A stretch of 64,000 bases of DNA, taken from assembly GCA_963774265.1 (NCBI GenBank), contig CAVZDU010000002.1, positions 32,001 through 96,000 of the forward strand, written 5' to 3'. Shown one piece after another: positions 28,646 through 41,000 of the stretch. The stretch comes from an uncultured Chloroflexia bacterium. GTDB taxonomy: Bacteria; Chloroflexota; Anaerolineae; CG2-30-64-16. The notes below the pieces were generated by a model. The model saw only the letters and a list, made by a program, of their open reading frames with translations. It ran no database searches and was not told the DNA's origin. How positions within the stretch are numbered: position 1 is the first letter of the stretch; the number at the start of each line of letters is the position of its first letter. A program made the translations under genes and the position numbers.

Positions 28646-29784
28646 GCGGTCCTCCCTTGTGCGGCAGCTACGGCCTTTTGAGCGGCCTCGGCGAGCGTCT
28701 CAGCAGTCATCATGTGCGCGCCCGCCAGGATCGCGCGGCCCTCTTCGGCGTTGGTGCCCACAAGACGCACCACCATCGGCACCTCCGTCTGCACCTCCTG
28801 CAGCGCCTGCAATATGCCTTTGGCGACCTCATCTCCGCGCGTGATGCCACCGAAGATATTGAACAGCACGGCTTTGACCTTGGGATCAGACAGAATGATA
28901 CGCAGCGCGGCCGCAACCTTGTCGGCCTTTGCGCCTCCTCCCACGTCGAGAAAGTTGGCAGGTTCGCCCCCAAATAGTTTTATGATGTCCATGGTTGCCA
29001 TGGCCAGCCCCGCGCCGTTGACCATGCAGCCGATTTCGCCATCGAGCTGAACGTAGCTCAGGCCGTTGAGGCGCGCCACTTTCTCCTCGGATGTCTCCTC
29101 ATCCTCATCGCGCATGCTCGCAAGATCGGGATGACGAAACAACGCGCTATCGTCCAGGACAATCTTGCCGTCGAGCGCCTTAAGCGAGCCATCCCCGAGC
29201 ACGGCCAGGGGATTTATCTCCGCCAGGCTTCCATCGATGCTCATGTAGCAGTCATAGAGACCCTGGCAGATTTGGATAAACTGGCCCATCTGCTGACGTG
29301 GCAATCCTATGGCAAGGGCGAGGTCTCGCGCCTGATACTCGCGCAGCCCCATACACGGATCGATCGCGATTGTGATGATCTTCTCCGGCGTCGTGGCCGC
29401 AACCTCTTCGATGTCCATGCCGCCCGCAGCCGAAGCCATGACTACCACACGGCGGCGTGCCCGGTCCAAAATCATGCCGAGATAGATCTCATTCTTGATG
29501 TCCGCGGCTGGATCAACCAGTACCTTCTTCACCGTAAGGCCCTTAATGTCCATGCCGAGGATTTGCCCGGCTACCTCAGCGGCCTCATCGGGGGTCTTGG
29601 CAAGTTTGATGCCGCCTGCCTTGCCGCGTCCCCCCACCAGCACTTGGGACTTGACAACGACTGGTCCACCGATCTTTTCCGCAATCGCTCGCGCCTCAGC
29701 CGGCGTGGTCGCCACCTCCCCCGCTGGGACGGGAATACCGTACTGCCCGAAGATGCGTTTCGCCTGGAACTCCTGTAATTTCAA
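28642..29784 (-). CDS. sucC: Succinyl-CoA synthetase beta subunit
   Basis: [32 protein letters not shown] and NIFGGI motifs; TTG start at 29784 with GAAGGAGG RBS. Confidence 0.97.
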   Translation of the reverse strand: MKLQEFQAKRIFGQYGIPVPAGEVATTPAEARAIAEKIGGPVVVKSQVLVGGRGKAGGIKLAKTPDEAAEVAGQILGMDIKGLTVKKVLVDPAADIKNEIYLGMILDRARRRVVVMASAAGGMDIEEVAATTPEKIITIAIDPCMGLREYQARDLALAIGLPRQQMGQFIQICQGLYDCYMSIDGSLAEINPLAVLGDGSLKALDGKIVLDDSALFRHPDLASMRDEDEETSEEKVARLNGLSYVQLDGEIGCMVNGAGLAMATMDIIKLFGGEPANFLDVGGGAKADKVAAALRIILSDPKVKAVLFNIFGGITRGDEVAKGILQALQEVQTEVPMVVRLVGTNAEEGRAILAGAHMMTAETLAEAAQKAVAAAQGRTA

Positions 29785-29988
29785 CGCGCGCCTCCTTCGA
29801 TCTGAGTCTGCGATCAGAAATGCAAAGGGTGACACAACATCGTGTCACCGGGGGAAAATCAGGGTCTTGTCAAGGGGGCCAATCAGCAGATAAGATATAC
29901 CACATCGGCGCCCAGAAATAAAGGGGCACTCTTGCTTTTCTCGGGATGGATGTGCCCCAAGGCCGCATTGCGCATCTCAAGACCCTGC

Positions 29989-32900
29989 TCACTCCAAGGG
30001 CGGGAAGATCATGATGCGATGGGCATCACCATCTGCGACAACCACCTGGCCCTCCGGTCCCACCGCGACGCCGGTTGGCAGGCTGAAAGACTCTTGATCG
30101 TTACCATAGAGGCCCCAAGTGGCCTTGAACTCGCCATCACTGTTCCAGGCCAGAATACGGTAGTTCTCCGGGTCGACCGCATATACGAGCTTACGCTGCG
30201 GATCGACGGCCAGCGCCGGCTTATTCACCACCGACTGGCTGCCCCAGCCGTTGACGGCCCATTGCGCCTCGAATTCGAGTACAGGACTGAACCGCTGCAC
30301 GCGTCTATTCCAGGTGTCGGCGACATACCAGCGGCCATCCGCATCCTGCGCGAGGCCGACTGGCTCATCGAGGCGACCATCCACCACGCCGCCGCCGCCC
30401 CACTGTTGGACGAATACGCCGTCGGGCTGGAATACCTGAACGCGTTTGTTGCCAGTATCCACGACGGAGATATTGCCGTCCAGTCCGACGACAACCGCAC
30501 GCGGGCCATAGAAAAGTCCCTCTTGGCCCAGCTCCCCGCCAGTGGAGCCGAAGACCCCCCAAGATGTCACGAACTGGCCATCGTTGGTGAACCTCTGGAT
30601 GCGATGGTTCCATGTGTCGGAAACGTACACACTGCCGTCCGTGCCCACCGCGATGCCCCAAGGTTCGTTGAACTGGCCGCGTCCTCCGTCCACGCAGCCC
30701 TCCCCGGTGTCTAGTTTACAGGTGGAACCCCACCCGCGCAGGAACGTTCCATCCGAAGCAAAGACCTGCACCCGGTTATTGCCCGAATCGGCCACATAGA
30801 TGTTGCCCGCCGCGTCCAGCGCCACCGCGCGGGGGAAGTTGAGTTGGCCCGTTCCACTACCCGACTGGCCAGTCGTGCCGATCTGCTGTATGGCCGCTAT
30901 TTGGCGCTGACCCCGGGCGTAGGGGTCTTCGATCGGTTCAGTAACGCCGCCGGCCGTGGAAGCAGGAGCACCCCAATCCCAAACCTGAGCTGCCACATCC
31001 TTGCGCACGAACAGGGAGAATCGATGAATCGGATCCCACTGCGCTGTCTTGGTCGTATAGCGACGATGGATCACTACGTCCCAGAACTGACCACGCTGCA
31101 CGGGGTCAGCGAGGCCGTCACGGATACGCTCCCAACTCAGTGCTTTGTAGGTTTCACGTGGCCACCAAATGAGGCGGTAGTTGAACTCGTAGTATCGATC
31201 TCCGAGATACGGCTTGACCTTCGATAAATTCTTGTCTCCCACCATCACGACCGGAGAGTCCATCGAGTCCCTCGATGGGTTCTGGCCATAATAGACCTTG
31301 TTTGGGTAGTCGCGCAGATACCACTCAAGCGGCCATGTTGAGTCGTCATCATACGCCACGCGTATCGCGAGGTCGCCCACCGTCTTCCGCGACAACTCCT
31401 CGATCTGCGACATCGCCAGCTTGATATCGGGCGTCGCGTGTGCATAGACCATCGGCTCGATCGCATAATCGTAGTTGATGAAATTGAAGCGGTAGGAGAC
31501 GCCTATCGTAAAGACCAGCAGCAGCGCGGAAAGGCTTACCACAATCGCGCGCCCGCTTTGGACCCAACCGAGGGCCACAATCCGGTCATATAAGAAGTAG
31601 ATCAACACCAACGCCGCGACCAGTGCCAGGAGCCATTGCGCCGTGTTACTAAGTCCGTTGACAGTCACGTCCATGAAGGGGCGACGCGTGGAGGTGGGTG
31701 CCAGCGCCTTGAGTGCAACCAGAAAAAGAGGGACCATGAGCAGAAGCCATAACAGACCCTTGCGTACACCCACCCGCCAATCTATGCCGTCGATCACCCG
31801 ACCCAGCCACCAGCCGGCAAGTGGTGCCATGGACATGGTCATGTACACCGTATGCCAGGGCATTTTTTCGCCAACATAAGTGAAGACAGCCCAGGTGGCA
31901 GTGGGCCAGAGGACCAGGAAGGCGACAAAGAGAACCTGCACTGAAAGTGGGGGCGCAATAGATGGCAGGACGGCAGCTGGGCTTTGGGTGTCTTTTGTGA
32001 GCAATTCACCCGACGAGTCGGCGTCCGTTTTAGGATTAGGGTCTGGCTCGACGCCGCCATACGCGCGTCGATGACGAATGAGCCAGCCGATTGCGGCCAC
32101 AGCGCCGATACTGCTGAGGATCCAGGGCAAGAACTCGTAGAGGGGCACGATCATATAGAAGTAATACCAGGGCTGACCACCGCGCATGACCTCTTGCTGG
32201 TCAATCCAATAGCCCAGTGAGCCGATCAGGCCGGTGCCAATCCCCTGACCGTTGGTCAGGAAGGTGGTGAAAAAGAGCAGTTCAATCGCCCAGAACGCCC
32301 CCGCAGCAACGAACCAGCACTCGCGCAACCAGAGAAATCCCAGCAGCCCGCTGATTATGAACAGAATACCCACCACTAAAAGCCCCTGCCAGACCATCGA
32401 GAGGGTAATCTGGCCGGGATTATTGAATTGACTAATCTGCCAGCCAACCGCCTTCAAGATCACTGCGGAAAGGAAGGGCATCGCCAGGGTGAGCAGAAGG
32501 ACGATCAGGTCCAGCTCTCGAAAGATTCGAAGGTTCCAACGCCATTGTGTGATTGCGAGCAGAACCGCCAGGATGGCCAGCACTAGTCCAAGCCCCATCA
32601 GTATCAGCCCCGGCACGCGCAGTTTGAAGATCTCCAGCAGAAGACCAATGGCCAATAGCGGCAAGGCCACTGCAGTAAGAGCGCGATATCCATTGCGCCG
32701 CTTATCACTCCGCTCCCCCGGCCACACGGCTATCCACAACTGGGCAGCGAGCGCCAGCACCATGAAGGCCCCGAAGATGCCCCCGAAGATGAATGACGCC
32801 TCCATCGTCAGGAACGCGAAACCCAACGCCACCGCGGCGCCGACCAGCCAGGACCGTGCACGCGTCTCCAGATAGCGGAACATGCAAATGACAAGAATGA

Positions 32901-33375
32901 CTAACAGGCTGGTCAGCATGACCTCGTCGCGTATGTAACGACTGTGATAGACGAGGGCAGGCGACACAGTGACCATCACTGCGGTGAGGAAGGCGCCCGT
33001 GCGCCCGAGCCAACGCCGCATCAGCCAAATCACGGCGACCATGACGACGCCAAAGAGTGCCACCTGGATGCGAGCGCTCCAATCGTTCACCCCGAACAGG
33101 AAATACATGAAGGGATTGAGGATGAACTTGAGGGGACCGTGCATCATAGGCTGATGCTGGTAGCCGCGGCCGTCGAACAACTGAAACGAGTAGACGGCGT
33201 GAAGGCTCTCATCGTGGCTCATGGCACGCGCACCGAGCAAAATGGTGCGTGTGAGCAACGCGACTACAACCAAGACAATCCAGGCGACTTTCTCGCCGTC
33301 AAGCCTCAGGAGGTTTATGAATGCCCGATCCAGAAACCCGGGCGTTTTAGTGTCGTCATTCTGCATTTTCGTCAC
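29989..33375 (-). CDS. TIGR03663/Agl23-like GT-C membrane protein with C-terminal NHL-repeat beta-propeller
   Basis: HDESLH and Y.HQPMMHGP motifs, YSRYIRDE-like motif, EKMPW; many TM helices; repeated F..P.G.AV.....YV.DT.N.R.Q.F NHL units. Confidence 0.85.
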   Translation of the reverse strand: MTKMQNDDTKTPGFLDRAFINLLRLDGEKVAWIVLVVVALLTRTILLGARAMSHDESLHAVYSFQLFDGRGYQHQPMMHGPLKFILNPFMYFLFGVNDWSARIQVALFGVVMVAVIWLMRRWLGRTGAFLTAVMVTVSPALVYHSRYIRDEVMLTSLLVILVICMFRYLETRARSWLVGAAVALGFAFLTMEASFIFGGIFGAFMVLALAAQLWIAVWPGERSDKRRNGYRALTAVALPLLAIGLLLEIFKLRVPGLILMGLGLVLAILAVLLAITQWRWNLRIFRELDLIVLLLTLAMPFLSAVILKAVGWQISQFNNPGQITLSMVWQGLLVVGILFIISGLLGFLWLRECWFVAAGAFWAIELLFFTTFLTNGQGIGTGLIGSLGYWIDQQEVMRGGQPWYYFYMIVPLYEFLPWILSSIGAVAAIGWLIRHRRAYGGVEPDPNPKTDADSSGELLTKDTQSPAAVLPSIAPPLSVQVLFVAFLVLWPTATWAVFTYVGEKMPWHTVYMTMSMAPLAGWWLGRVIDGIDWRVGVRKGLLWLLLMVPLFLVALKALAPTSTRRPFMDVTVNGLSNTAQWLLALVAALVLIYFLYDRIVALGWVQSGRAIVVSLSALLLVFTIGVSYRFNFINYDYAIEPMVYAHATPDIKLAMSQIEELSRKTVGDLAIRVAYDDDSTWPLEWYLRDYPNKVYYGQNPSRDSMDSPVVMVGDKNLSKVKPYLGDRYYEFNYRLIWWPRETYKALSWERIRDGLADPVQRGQFWDVVIHRRYTTKTAQWDPIHRFSLFVRKDVAAQVWDWGAPASTAGGVTEPIEDPYARGQRQIAAIQQIGTTGQSGSGTGQLNFPRAVALDAAGNIYVADSGNNRVQVFASDGTFLRGWGSTCKLDTGEGCVDGGRGQFNEPWGIAVGTDGSVYVSDTWNHRIQRFTNDGQFVTSWGVFGSTGGELGQEGLFYGPRAVVVGLDGNISVVDTGNKRVQVFQPDGVFVQQWGGGGVVDGRLDEPVGLAQDADGRWYVADTWNRRVQRFSPVLEFEAQWAVNGWGSQSVVNKPALAVDPQRKLVYAVDPENYRILAWNSDGEFKATWGLYGNDQESFSLPTGVAVGPEGQVVVADGDAHRIMIFPPLE

Positions 33376-33382
33376 CGTTGTG

Positions 33383-35143
33383 CTATTTCTCTGCTCTGTT
33401 GACCCACAGGATCAGACGCGTCTTCTCTGGTGGTGTGAGCGCTTCGCGATAGAGCAGCCAGCGCAGCCTCGAGGCGCCATCGGGCAGTTGCGCAATCGTC
33501 CAGCGTTGCAGCACGGCAAACTCCGCGCCACTATAGCTGTTCAAGCGTGGTTGATCCTCAACGGGCGTCATGACTAAGGGCGCCACGTCCTGCGGAATCG
33601 ATGCGGTGAAGCGCGCATTCGGATAGTCGCGCAGCTGCCAGCGGAGGACCGGCAGTACGGAATCGGACACCATCGGTGCCCAGACCACATCTACATTCGC
33701 CTCCCGTCCACCCCCGCCGCTGAGGGCGGACAGATTGCGAAGTTCGCCTTGTAAGTCGACCAGGTCGGTTGCCGGCGTATCGTGGACGATGCCCGACTGG
33801 CGCCCCACACCACGCTCATAGCTTAGGGAGACCAGGCTCCCAACCTGCCATGCCAGACCAAGAACAAGGGGCACGACGGGCAGGGCCCGAGTGACGGTGC
33901 GCCAGTTGTCCCACACCCCGTAGGCGACCCAAACAATGAGCGACATGACAAGCGTCGCAATACCCACGCCTGCATACAACGAGCGCCAGTCCTCGCTGTT
34001 CGTGGAATTAAGCGCGCTAGGAAGGCCGATCACGGACGCGACAAGTAGTGCAAGCGAGACGAAAACGAGAAGCCAAGGATCGCGCTCGCGTCGCCATTCG
34101 TACGCGTGCCCAAGGACGCGGGCGACTGTGGGCCCGGCCAAAAGCGTCAGACCAAGAGCGACCAGCGACAGGTCCACTGGGTGACGGCCGCGCCCGATGA
34201 GGTTGATCGCAAACGCCAGCGCGGTCATAATGCCGAGCCAGGAACCTATGCGCTCTCTGCCACGCAACGACCAAATCGCTCCAGACACTCCAAATACGAG
34301 AGCAAATGGCTCGCTGAGGAGCAGGCGCAAGGCGGTCTCGAGGATGGAGTATTCGCCGCGGCCGGGGATGAGATCGGACATCCATCGACCGAGCAACTCA
34401 GCACCGGCTGCCAGGCCGGCCGGTGCGGTAAGGAAGAAGGTGGCGATGACAAGCGTCGCGAGCACACCCATCAACGTGAGCCGTGTCTGGTTGCGGATGC
34501 GAGACAAGAGCGTCCGGGCTTCCGGCGCCCACCAAAGCGCGGTCGCAGCTGCCCCAAGCAAGACCGTGTAGGCATTTGGACCGCTGATGAGCAACAGGCC
34601 GACCGCTAAGCCGAGCGCGACGCCCCATTGGCGTCCCTGCTTCACCCCCGCGGCCACGCCGAGCAACACCAACGTGAGTGTAGGCACCAGCGCATCACCA
34701 AGCGAGAGCCGGCTGCTCCACACGCCCAATGGCGATAGGGACCAGAGAAAGGCTGCCGCCAGCGCGCCTCCCGGGGTCAGGTACCTGCGGAGGAGGAAGA
34801 ACAGCGCCGGAGAGAGACCGCCGAGTAAGGCCGGCCAAAACCGCGCGGTTCCATCAGAAGCGCCGAACAGGCTAAACGTAATCCGCTGCAAGGCATGCAG
34901 CAGGGGGCTTAACCCGCTCAGATCGGGCGCCGCACCGGTCACCACTGCAACAGCCGGCAGCGCCTGCATGGCCTCCTCCGGGCCGAGGGCTATTGCGCCT
35001 AGCCCCCACAGCCGCACGCCAAGCGCGAGGAGTACAGCCACGCCGTAGCCCGCGCGCTCTACGGTCAGCCAGCCAACCATGCGGGAGAGATTTTCGGTCG
35101 GGTGATCCTGGATGCCTGCTTGTAGCATGGAATTACCTTGCAT
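33383..35143 (-). CDS. GT-C-fold-like polytopic membrane protein (degenerate PMT/TIGR03663 paralog)
   Basis: ALGVRLWGLG...PEEA, ARFWPALLG, SP....SR and LRWQLRDY motifs, parallel to the downstream paralog. Start uncertain. Confidence 0.65.
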   Translation of the reverse strand: MQGNSMLQAGIQDHPTENLSRMVGWLTVERAGYGVAVLLALGVRLWGLGAIALGPEEAMQALPAVAVVTGAAPDLSGLSPLLHALQRITFSLFGASDGTARFWPALLGGLSPALFFLLRRYLTPGGALAAAFLWSLSPLGVWSSRLSLGDALVPTLTLVLLGVAAGVKQGRQWGVALGLAVGLLLISGPNAYTVLLGAAATALWWAPEARTLLSRIRNQTRLTLMGVLATLVIATFFLTAPAGLAAGAELLGRWMSDLIPGRGEYSILETALRLLLSEPFALVFGVSGAIWSLRGRERIGSWLGIMTALAFAINLIGRGRHPVDLSLVALGLTLLAGPTVARVLGHAYEWRRERDPWLLVFVSLALLVASVIGLPSALNSTNSEDWRSLYAGVGIATLVMSLIVWVAYGVWDNWRTVTRALPVVPLVLGLAWQVGSLVSLSYERGVGRQSGIVHDTPATDLVDLQGELRNLSALSGGGGREANVDVVWAPMVSDSVLPVLRWQLRDYPNARFTASIPQDVAPLVMTPVEDQPRLNSYSGAEFAVLQRWTIAQLPDGASRLRWLLYREALTPPEKTRLILWVNRAEK

Positions 35144-37788
35144 AGATCCGGACGCCATCGAGATCGTACACTCGCTTCAGGTGCGTATCGAACCGCACCA
35201 GAGATGCGTCTGAGATGCCGTATTTGCTCCGTTCGAGTCCGCCGACATAGATATAATCTACGCCCCACTGCTCCAGAATGCCTGGAAGTTGATCTGCCTG
35301 AGCGGAGCGGTAGATTTGGTCGATCACAGCTGGCCGCATGGCGGCCAACTTATCATAACCCTCGTTGCCGCGCCACTGGCGCTCGTGAAAATCCCAACCG
35401 AGAAGCGTTGGATTCCCGGTGGACATGGACACGCGACCCTCGGCGCTGTAGGAGCCACCGGTTGCTTCGAGTACGACAGCATCGCGTCGCACGTTGACGC
35501 GAAGCCAATCGATGGCTTCCAGTTCGGCCGGATTATCGCGGCGCAGGTAGGCGAGTCCATCGAGCGTTGGCGTGCCGCGGAAGCTGTCCGTTTTACTTGG
35601 TATAGCGGACAAGGGATACCACAGACCGCCGAGCACCAGCACCGCCGATAAGGCGAGTGCAGGAACCCTCAATATTGCGGGAGAGCTCGACACGGCAAGC
35701 CGGCTCAACGCGTAGGCGGACGCCAGCGCGAGCAACACCCATGCCTGGTAGTAGAACTTGAAGACGGTATTCATTCGGTTGCCGAACAGGTCACGCAGAT
35801 AGATGAACTCAGGGATGAGAGTGAGCGCAAACGCAAGAAAAATCAGGATAAGGGCGAACAGGTCGATGGCGACGGGCAAAGCCGGAGCACGCCCTTCGGC
35901 AAACGCTTCCTCGGGATCGCGACGGAATCGGACCCAGACGGCGCCGATCACCCAAGCGAGCAACACCGCCAGGACCAGATAGGTCCACGGCGAATCCACG
36001 CGCACCTGTATCACCAGACGCAACAATCCACCGAGCGATGCATCCGATATGTTCGCGGCGATTTCGGGTCGCTGTAGAGCCTCGTCCACAAATGCCCGGC
36101 CTTGCGGCAGAGCGACGAAACCCAGGGCCACGACCGCCATGACGAGCAAGGGCAGGAGCAGCGTCCAAGGCAAGGCGACGAGCACGCTACGAGTGGTCGT
36201 ACTCCAGCCACCCCGACCCCGCACCTCCTGCTCCGCTCCACCGCGGGGATCGATGTGCGGCCCGGGGCTGGTGTGGCATTGGAGCAACAAGAAGAACACT
36301 GCAACCACCAGGAAAGGCCCAAACATCACGAAGAACTGAGAGAAGCGGCTTGGGAACAGCAGGTTTGGCAAGATACCGCCCAGCTGCGATTGAAAGCCTA
36401 TGTAAAATGGAGCATAGACCAGGTAGCCGAGCGCAGCAAGGATGATGAATGTCAGCACCGCAGTGCGGAGCGGCCACCAGATCAAGCCGCTGCGGAGCGC
36501 GGCGCCCAGACCCATCGCTAACGCGGCCAGCCCCACGTAAATCGGGAAGTCCCAGGTGTTGAGGAATCCCAGGCTGCCGAGAACAATGGCATACAACAGG
36601 ACGCCCCCCCATGACAGCCCGATTGCGTCGACCAGGCCGCGCGCCTGATCGGCCAGTCTCGAGAAGATACCGCCTCCCCTCTCACGTCGTAGTTGGGCCG
36701 TCAGTGCACCGACCAGCAAGTTCAGGCAGAACAGGATCGCAAGCAGCACGAACGGAAGTGCCAAGACATGCGGGTGCAGGTCGCCCAGCAGGAAACTGAA
36801 GAACGGGAACTCGTCGATGACCTCGACCGAATTGCCTGCCAGGTCGATGTCGTGGATCACGCGAGAGGCGCGCCACCACCACCAGTAGCCACCGGTCGCG
36901 TTCCCCGTGGGGGCAGTATCGGTGAGGCCTTTGATGTTTAGCCACTGGATGACAGTGATGGGCAAAAGCTGAAGCTGGTATACACTGTCGATCAGCCCCT
37001 CGAGGTTGCCCATGACGCCAAGGAGAAGAGCACCGAGCAAACCCCACGCAATAGACGCGCGAGTGTGTATTTTATCGATCGACTAATGAGAAGCTAGGAG
37101 ACAGATCCGGGGCGTCCTCGGACCGGGCCTGGCGGGTGATGCTACCGCGCGCCAGGGCGACAAGGGTGTAGACAACGCCGAAAGCGGAGATCATCACGAG
37201 GGCGTACCACATGGCGACACCCAGGTTGAAGCCGATTTCCGGGAGCACGCCGGTGATGCGGATGAGCGCCGCGATCATCACATAACCGAAATAATAGTAG
37301 CTGATGCCGTAGCCCGAGAGCCAAGGGTCCTGAGGCGGGAAGAGACGACTACTCAGGACTCCGCTGATGAAGGCGAACTCCATGGGTTTTTCGGTGCCGT
37401 TGATTTCAGGATTGTAGGCGCGGAAGACGGTCCAACCTACAAAGACCAGGAGGAAGAGTAGCTCGGTGGCGATTATGAGACTGCGATTCTCGCTCAGCCA
37501 GGTCAGGACTGGACGCCGGCCGCTATCGTCACGGCGAAGGCCTTCGCGGCCGAGCCATACCGACAGGCCGCCGACTCCTCCGAGCGCGAACAGGAAGCCT
37601 CCCGTCGTGTTGGGAAGTAGGTGGAAGATGGCGCCCAGCCAAAGTAGATACGAGACCAGCAGCAATCCCAGCACTTTGGTGAGGGGATAGCCACGTCCAG
37701 GCAGCCGTGCAAATAGCCGCCATGCCAGTGGAAGTACGACGAAGCCGACCAGTTGAATGGCCAGCCACCATGATATTACAGGCAGCAT
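35133..37788 (-). CDS. DUF2298 / Chlor_Arch_YYY membrane protein (frameshift near 37070)
   Basis: Joins ORFs 37072..37800 and 35133..37040. Motifs GTEKPMEFAF, PPQDPW, SYYYFGY, IDEFPFFSFLLGDLHPH, NTWDFP, RMNTVFKFYYQAW, TLDG.AY and GW..HERQWR. Confidence 0.85.
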
Positions 37789-37827
37789 GATTGCTTCCAA
37801 AACAACATTAATCGAACCATCCAGGAA

Positions 37828-37857
37828 TTATTGTAGCATGAGCCCCGGTCGCGACCA
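37828..37857 (-). promoter_or_regulatory. Putative internal promoter for the distal part of the glycosylation cluster
   Basis: Minus strand TTGGTC, 17 bp spacer, TGC-TACAAT (extended -10), in a 230-bp intergenic gap. Confidence 0.4.
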
Positions 37858-38032
37858 AAAGGAGACCCACGTGTTCCCTTCCGAGGCACTGAGATCGGAA
37901 TCGGAAACGGTGAATTTTTTCCGGTCGTATGTAAGTAGGTTTAGCTACATATTATTCGCTACACGAAAATCATGACCTCATCATTTCCCGCGTCATAGCT
38001 GGAGTTTCGCTTCCCCCTCAGACTCGAGATCG

Positions 38033-41000
38033 TCAGACAACGCGATATATAGTGACATCATCATTCCGATATACCACCGTCAACTCCCCCGCTTCCGCAA
38101 GCACATCAAACTTATGCAAGGCGGCTGCGCTGAAAAGAACACGCTCGAGGCGTCCGACGTAAACGTAGCCCACGTGTAGTTCGCGTATGAGACGCCGTGC
38201 AACCGCTAGATCGGTCGTACGGAAGAACTCCATCCCACTGGCTGTTTGCGCATCAACCTGCATCGCGGGCCGCTGCTCGTACTGGTGTTGTCCCACCAGG
38301 GTCGGCAATCCCGTTGCGCTGGCTACACGCAGTCCGCCTGCCCGGTAGTAATCATACGAAAGGTGTTCCTCGCCTACGGTATAGCTGCCGGCGGGAGCTT
38401 CAGCCACGACCGGCGTGCCTCGCACATTGTCGAGCAGCCACTTGAGCGCGCGGTACTCACCGCCGAGCACGATGCGGGTGGCGCCATCGGGCCAGTCATA
38501 CTCGCCCACAGTCATGTAGGCGAGGCCGTCCAGCGTGCCGAGGGGCGGCTGCGCGTCCGGGAAACGATCTTCAACTCGTGCGTGAACGCCGACGAACAGA
38601 AACACCAACCCGCCAGCCAGCAGGATACCCGCCGCCGTCTGCCAAGGCAGAGCAAGCCAGGCAGGAGCGCGAACGGTCAACAACCAGAGCCGGGCCAAGA
38701 TGTAGCCGCCGGCAATGCCCAGAAAGATCCAGGCCGGCACCGAGAACTTGAACAAGGTGTTCATCCGATACCAGTCGCCGCCATCCAGGAAGTCCCGCAG
38801 GTAAACCAACTCGGTCCCCCCTACCACCCCCAGACCTAAGACGAGCAACAGCCCAACAAAAGCGCGACCGGAGCTGGTCTCGCGGTCGAAGATCAGCGGC
38901 ACGGCAAGAACCAATGGCAGTGCGGCGAACGCCGCAGTTGGCCGGCCCAGCGCAGCAAAGATGGCCAGCACCGCGACAAGGAGTAAGATCGCAAAAAGCC
39001 AAACCCGGCGACTGCCGCCCCGTCCGCCTTCGCGCACTTCAGTGACCATGCGCCGCGCAAGCAGCTCGGCGGCCACATAGCTGATGGCCAGAAACAGGAA
39101 GAAGCCCCAGATGAGGAGCCACGGCCGCAGAGGGCTGGCTTCCTGCACCCACCCTAACAAGCGGCCAACGACATTCCCATCACCGTCGCCAAGCTGCGCA
39201 TGATAGTTCGCATAGAACGGCCTGTATGCCAGAACCGCAGCCACTAGCCACCCCGACGGCACTCAACGCAGCGCCCGCCAGGGACCGGAGACGCTGTCCT
39301 GGCGATCCCCTCGTGCGCCAACCCGCTATACAGATAGCGCCGGACGCGAGCAGCGCATATGTGGGCAGATCCCACGTGTTGATCGCGCCGAGTGCGCCCA
39401 ATGCCAACGCTAGCACCAGGAGCTTAATGAGCCATTGCCGCCACCTTAGCGGACGATTAACGAGCCACTCGAGCGAGAGCCCGACGACGAGTAACCCAAA
39501 CGGCATGGAGATCAGGTGTGGGTGCAGGTCAGCGAAGGTGAAGGTCCACAAGGGAAACTCGTTGATAGTGAATGGGACGACGCGGCTGGCGGCCCAATAA
39601 TCGAACGCCGGCAGGCCCTCGCCACGCATGACGCTTGCCAGCCCGTTGAATGCCCATTCGAGGCCGGTCAGGTTACCGAGGAGCAGCGTCAGAGCAACTG
39701 CGAGCGCGGCGACGACGGCCGGAGACGGGACCGGCCCATGGGCAGCCGAGTAGCCGGCCTCAGGACCAAGGCTCAAGCGGGCTGGCGACGTTGCCTGCCG
39801 GAGACCTGCGGTCAGGCTGTACGCCACGCTGAACACGCCCAGCGCGGTCAGCGCAAACAGCGACGGCACGGCGAGATTGAACGCCACCTCGGCGAAAATA
39901 CCGGTCAGTCTTATCGACAGGCCGACCAGATACAAGCCAAAGTAATAGTAATTGATCGTGCCGCCGGCAAAGTAGGGGTCATACGGCGGGAATACGGGAC
40001 TGCGGAGCGTAGCGTTGAGAAACGCAAACTCCATGAACTTCTCGCCGCCATTCCAGGGATGCCACAAATCCGGGTTGAAGAGGCGCACGAGCACGAAGAA
40101 GAGATAGGCGCCGGCGAACAGGGCTTCCTGCCCCAGGATGAGACGCTTCTGTGCGCGCCAAAATTGAGCCAAATTGCGCCGCTGGCTTGACCATGCCACG
40201 CGGCCCACGAGGACCATAAACAGGAGAAGAACCAGCAGGGGACCCAGCGCGTTACGCCACAGCCCCAGACTGACACCCATCCAGTGCACCCACCCCAACA
40301 GCAACCACCCCGCCACCCGACTGAGGCCGTGGCCGCGATCTGCCAGACCGCCCGTCAGTGGGAACAGCAGCGGCCAGGCAAACCAACCGAAGACGGTGAT
40401 CACAAACCACCAGAGCAGGACCGAGATGATTGTCGAACCACTGGCGAACTGATTCCACCGGTAGTCGGTTACGTCGGGCAGAGACTCAACGGGCTGAGCA
40501 AGCGTCAAGGGCCGATGCGGCTCGGGCGTTTGCAGCCGCATGCTGGCCAGACCGGGCGCCTTGCCCCCGCCCAGTAGAGACGTCGCACGTAGAGACGTTG
40601 CACGTAGAGACGTTGCACGTAGAGACGTTGCACGTAGAGACGTTGCACGTAGAGACGTTGCACGTAGAGACGTTGCACGTAGAGACGTTGCGTGCAACGT
40701 CTCTACAACGTACTGTGCATCCACGGAAGACCGCTGATCGCCAGCGGGAGGCAAGTAGCGCTGCAGACGGCCGGCAATTTCGTCGGCACTCAAATGCCTC
40801 ACATTACGCAGAATCAGCGGACGGGGATGATCGTACACGCTGAAGCTTTCATCCGCGTTGTCATCGTGGATCACGAGCGACCCGAGACGGGGGTACGCAG
40901 AGAACTCCGCGACCAGTTCGTAGCCCAGCTCCCCTGCGAAGAGCTGCCGGTAGTATTGAGAAGTCATTGGGTAGCGCGCCGCAAGGCGCGCCATGGGGCC

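Noticed and set aside
40574-40706. Tandem repeat as a CRISPR array
   Set aside because: The 15-bp units are head to tail with no spacers, there are no cas genes, and the array lies in frame inside a CDS.
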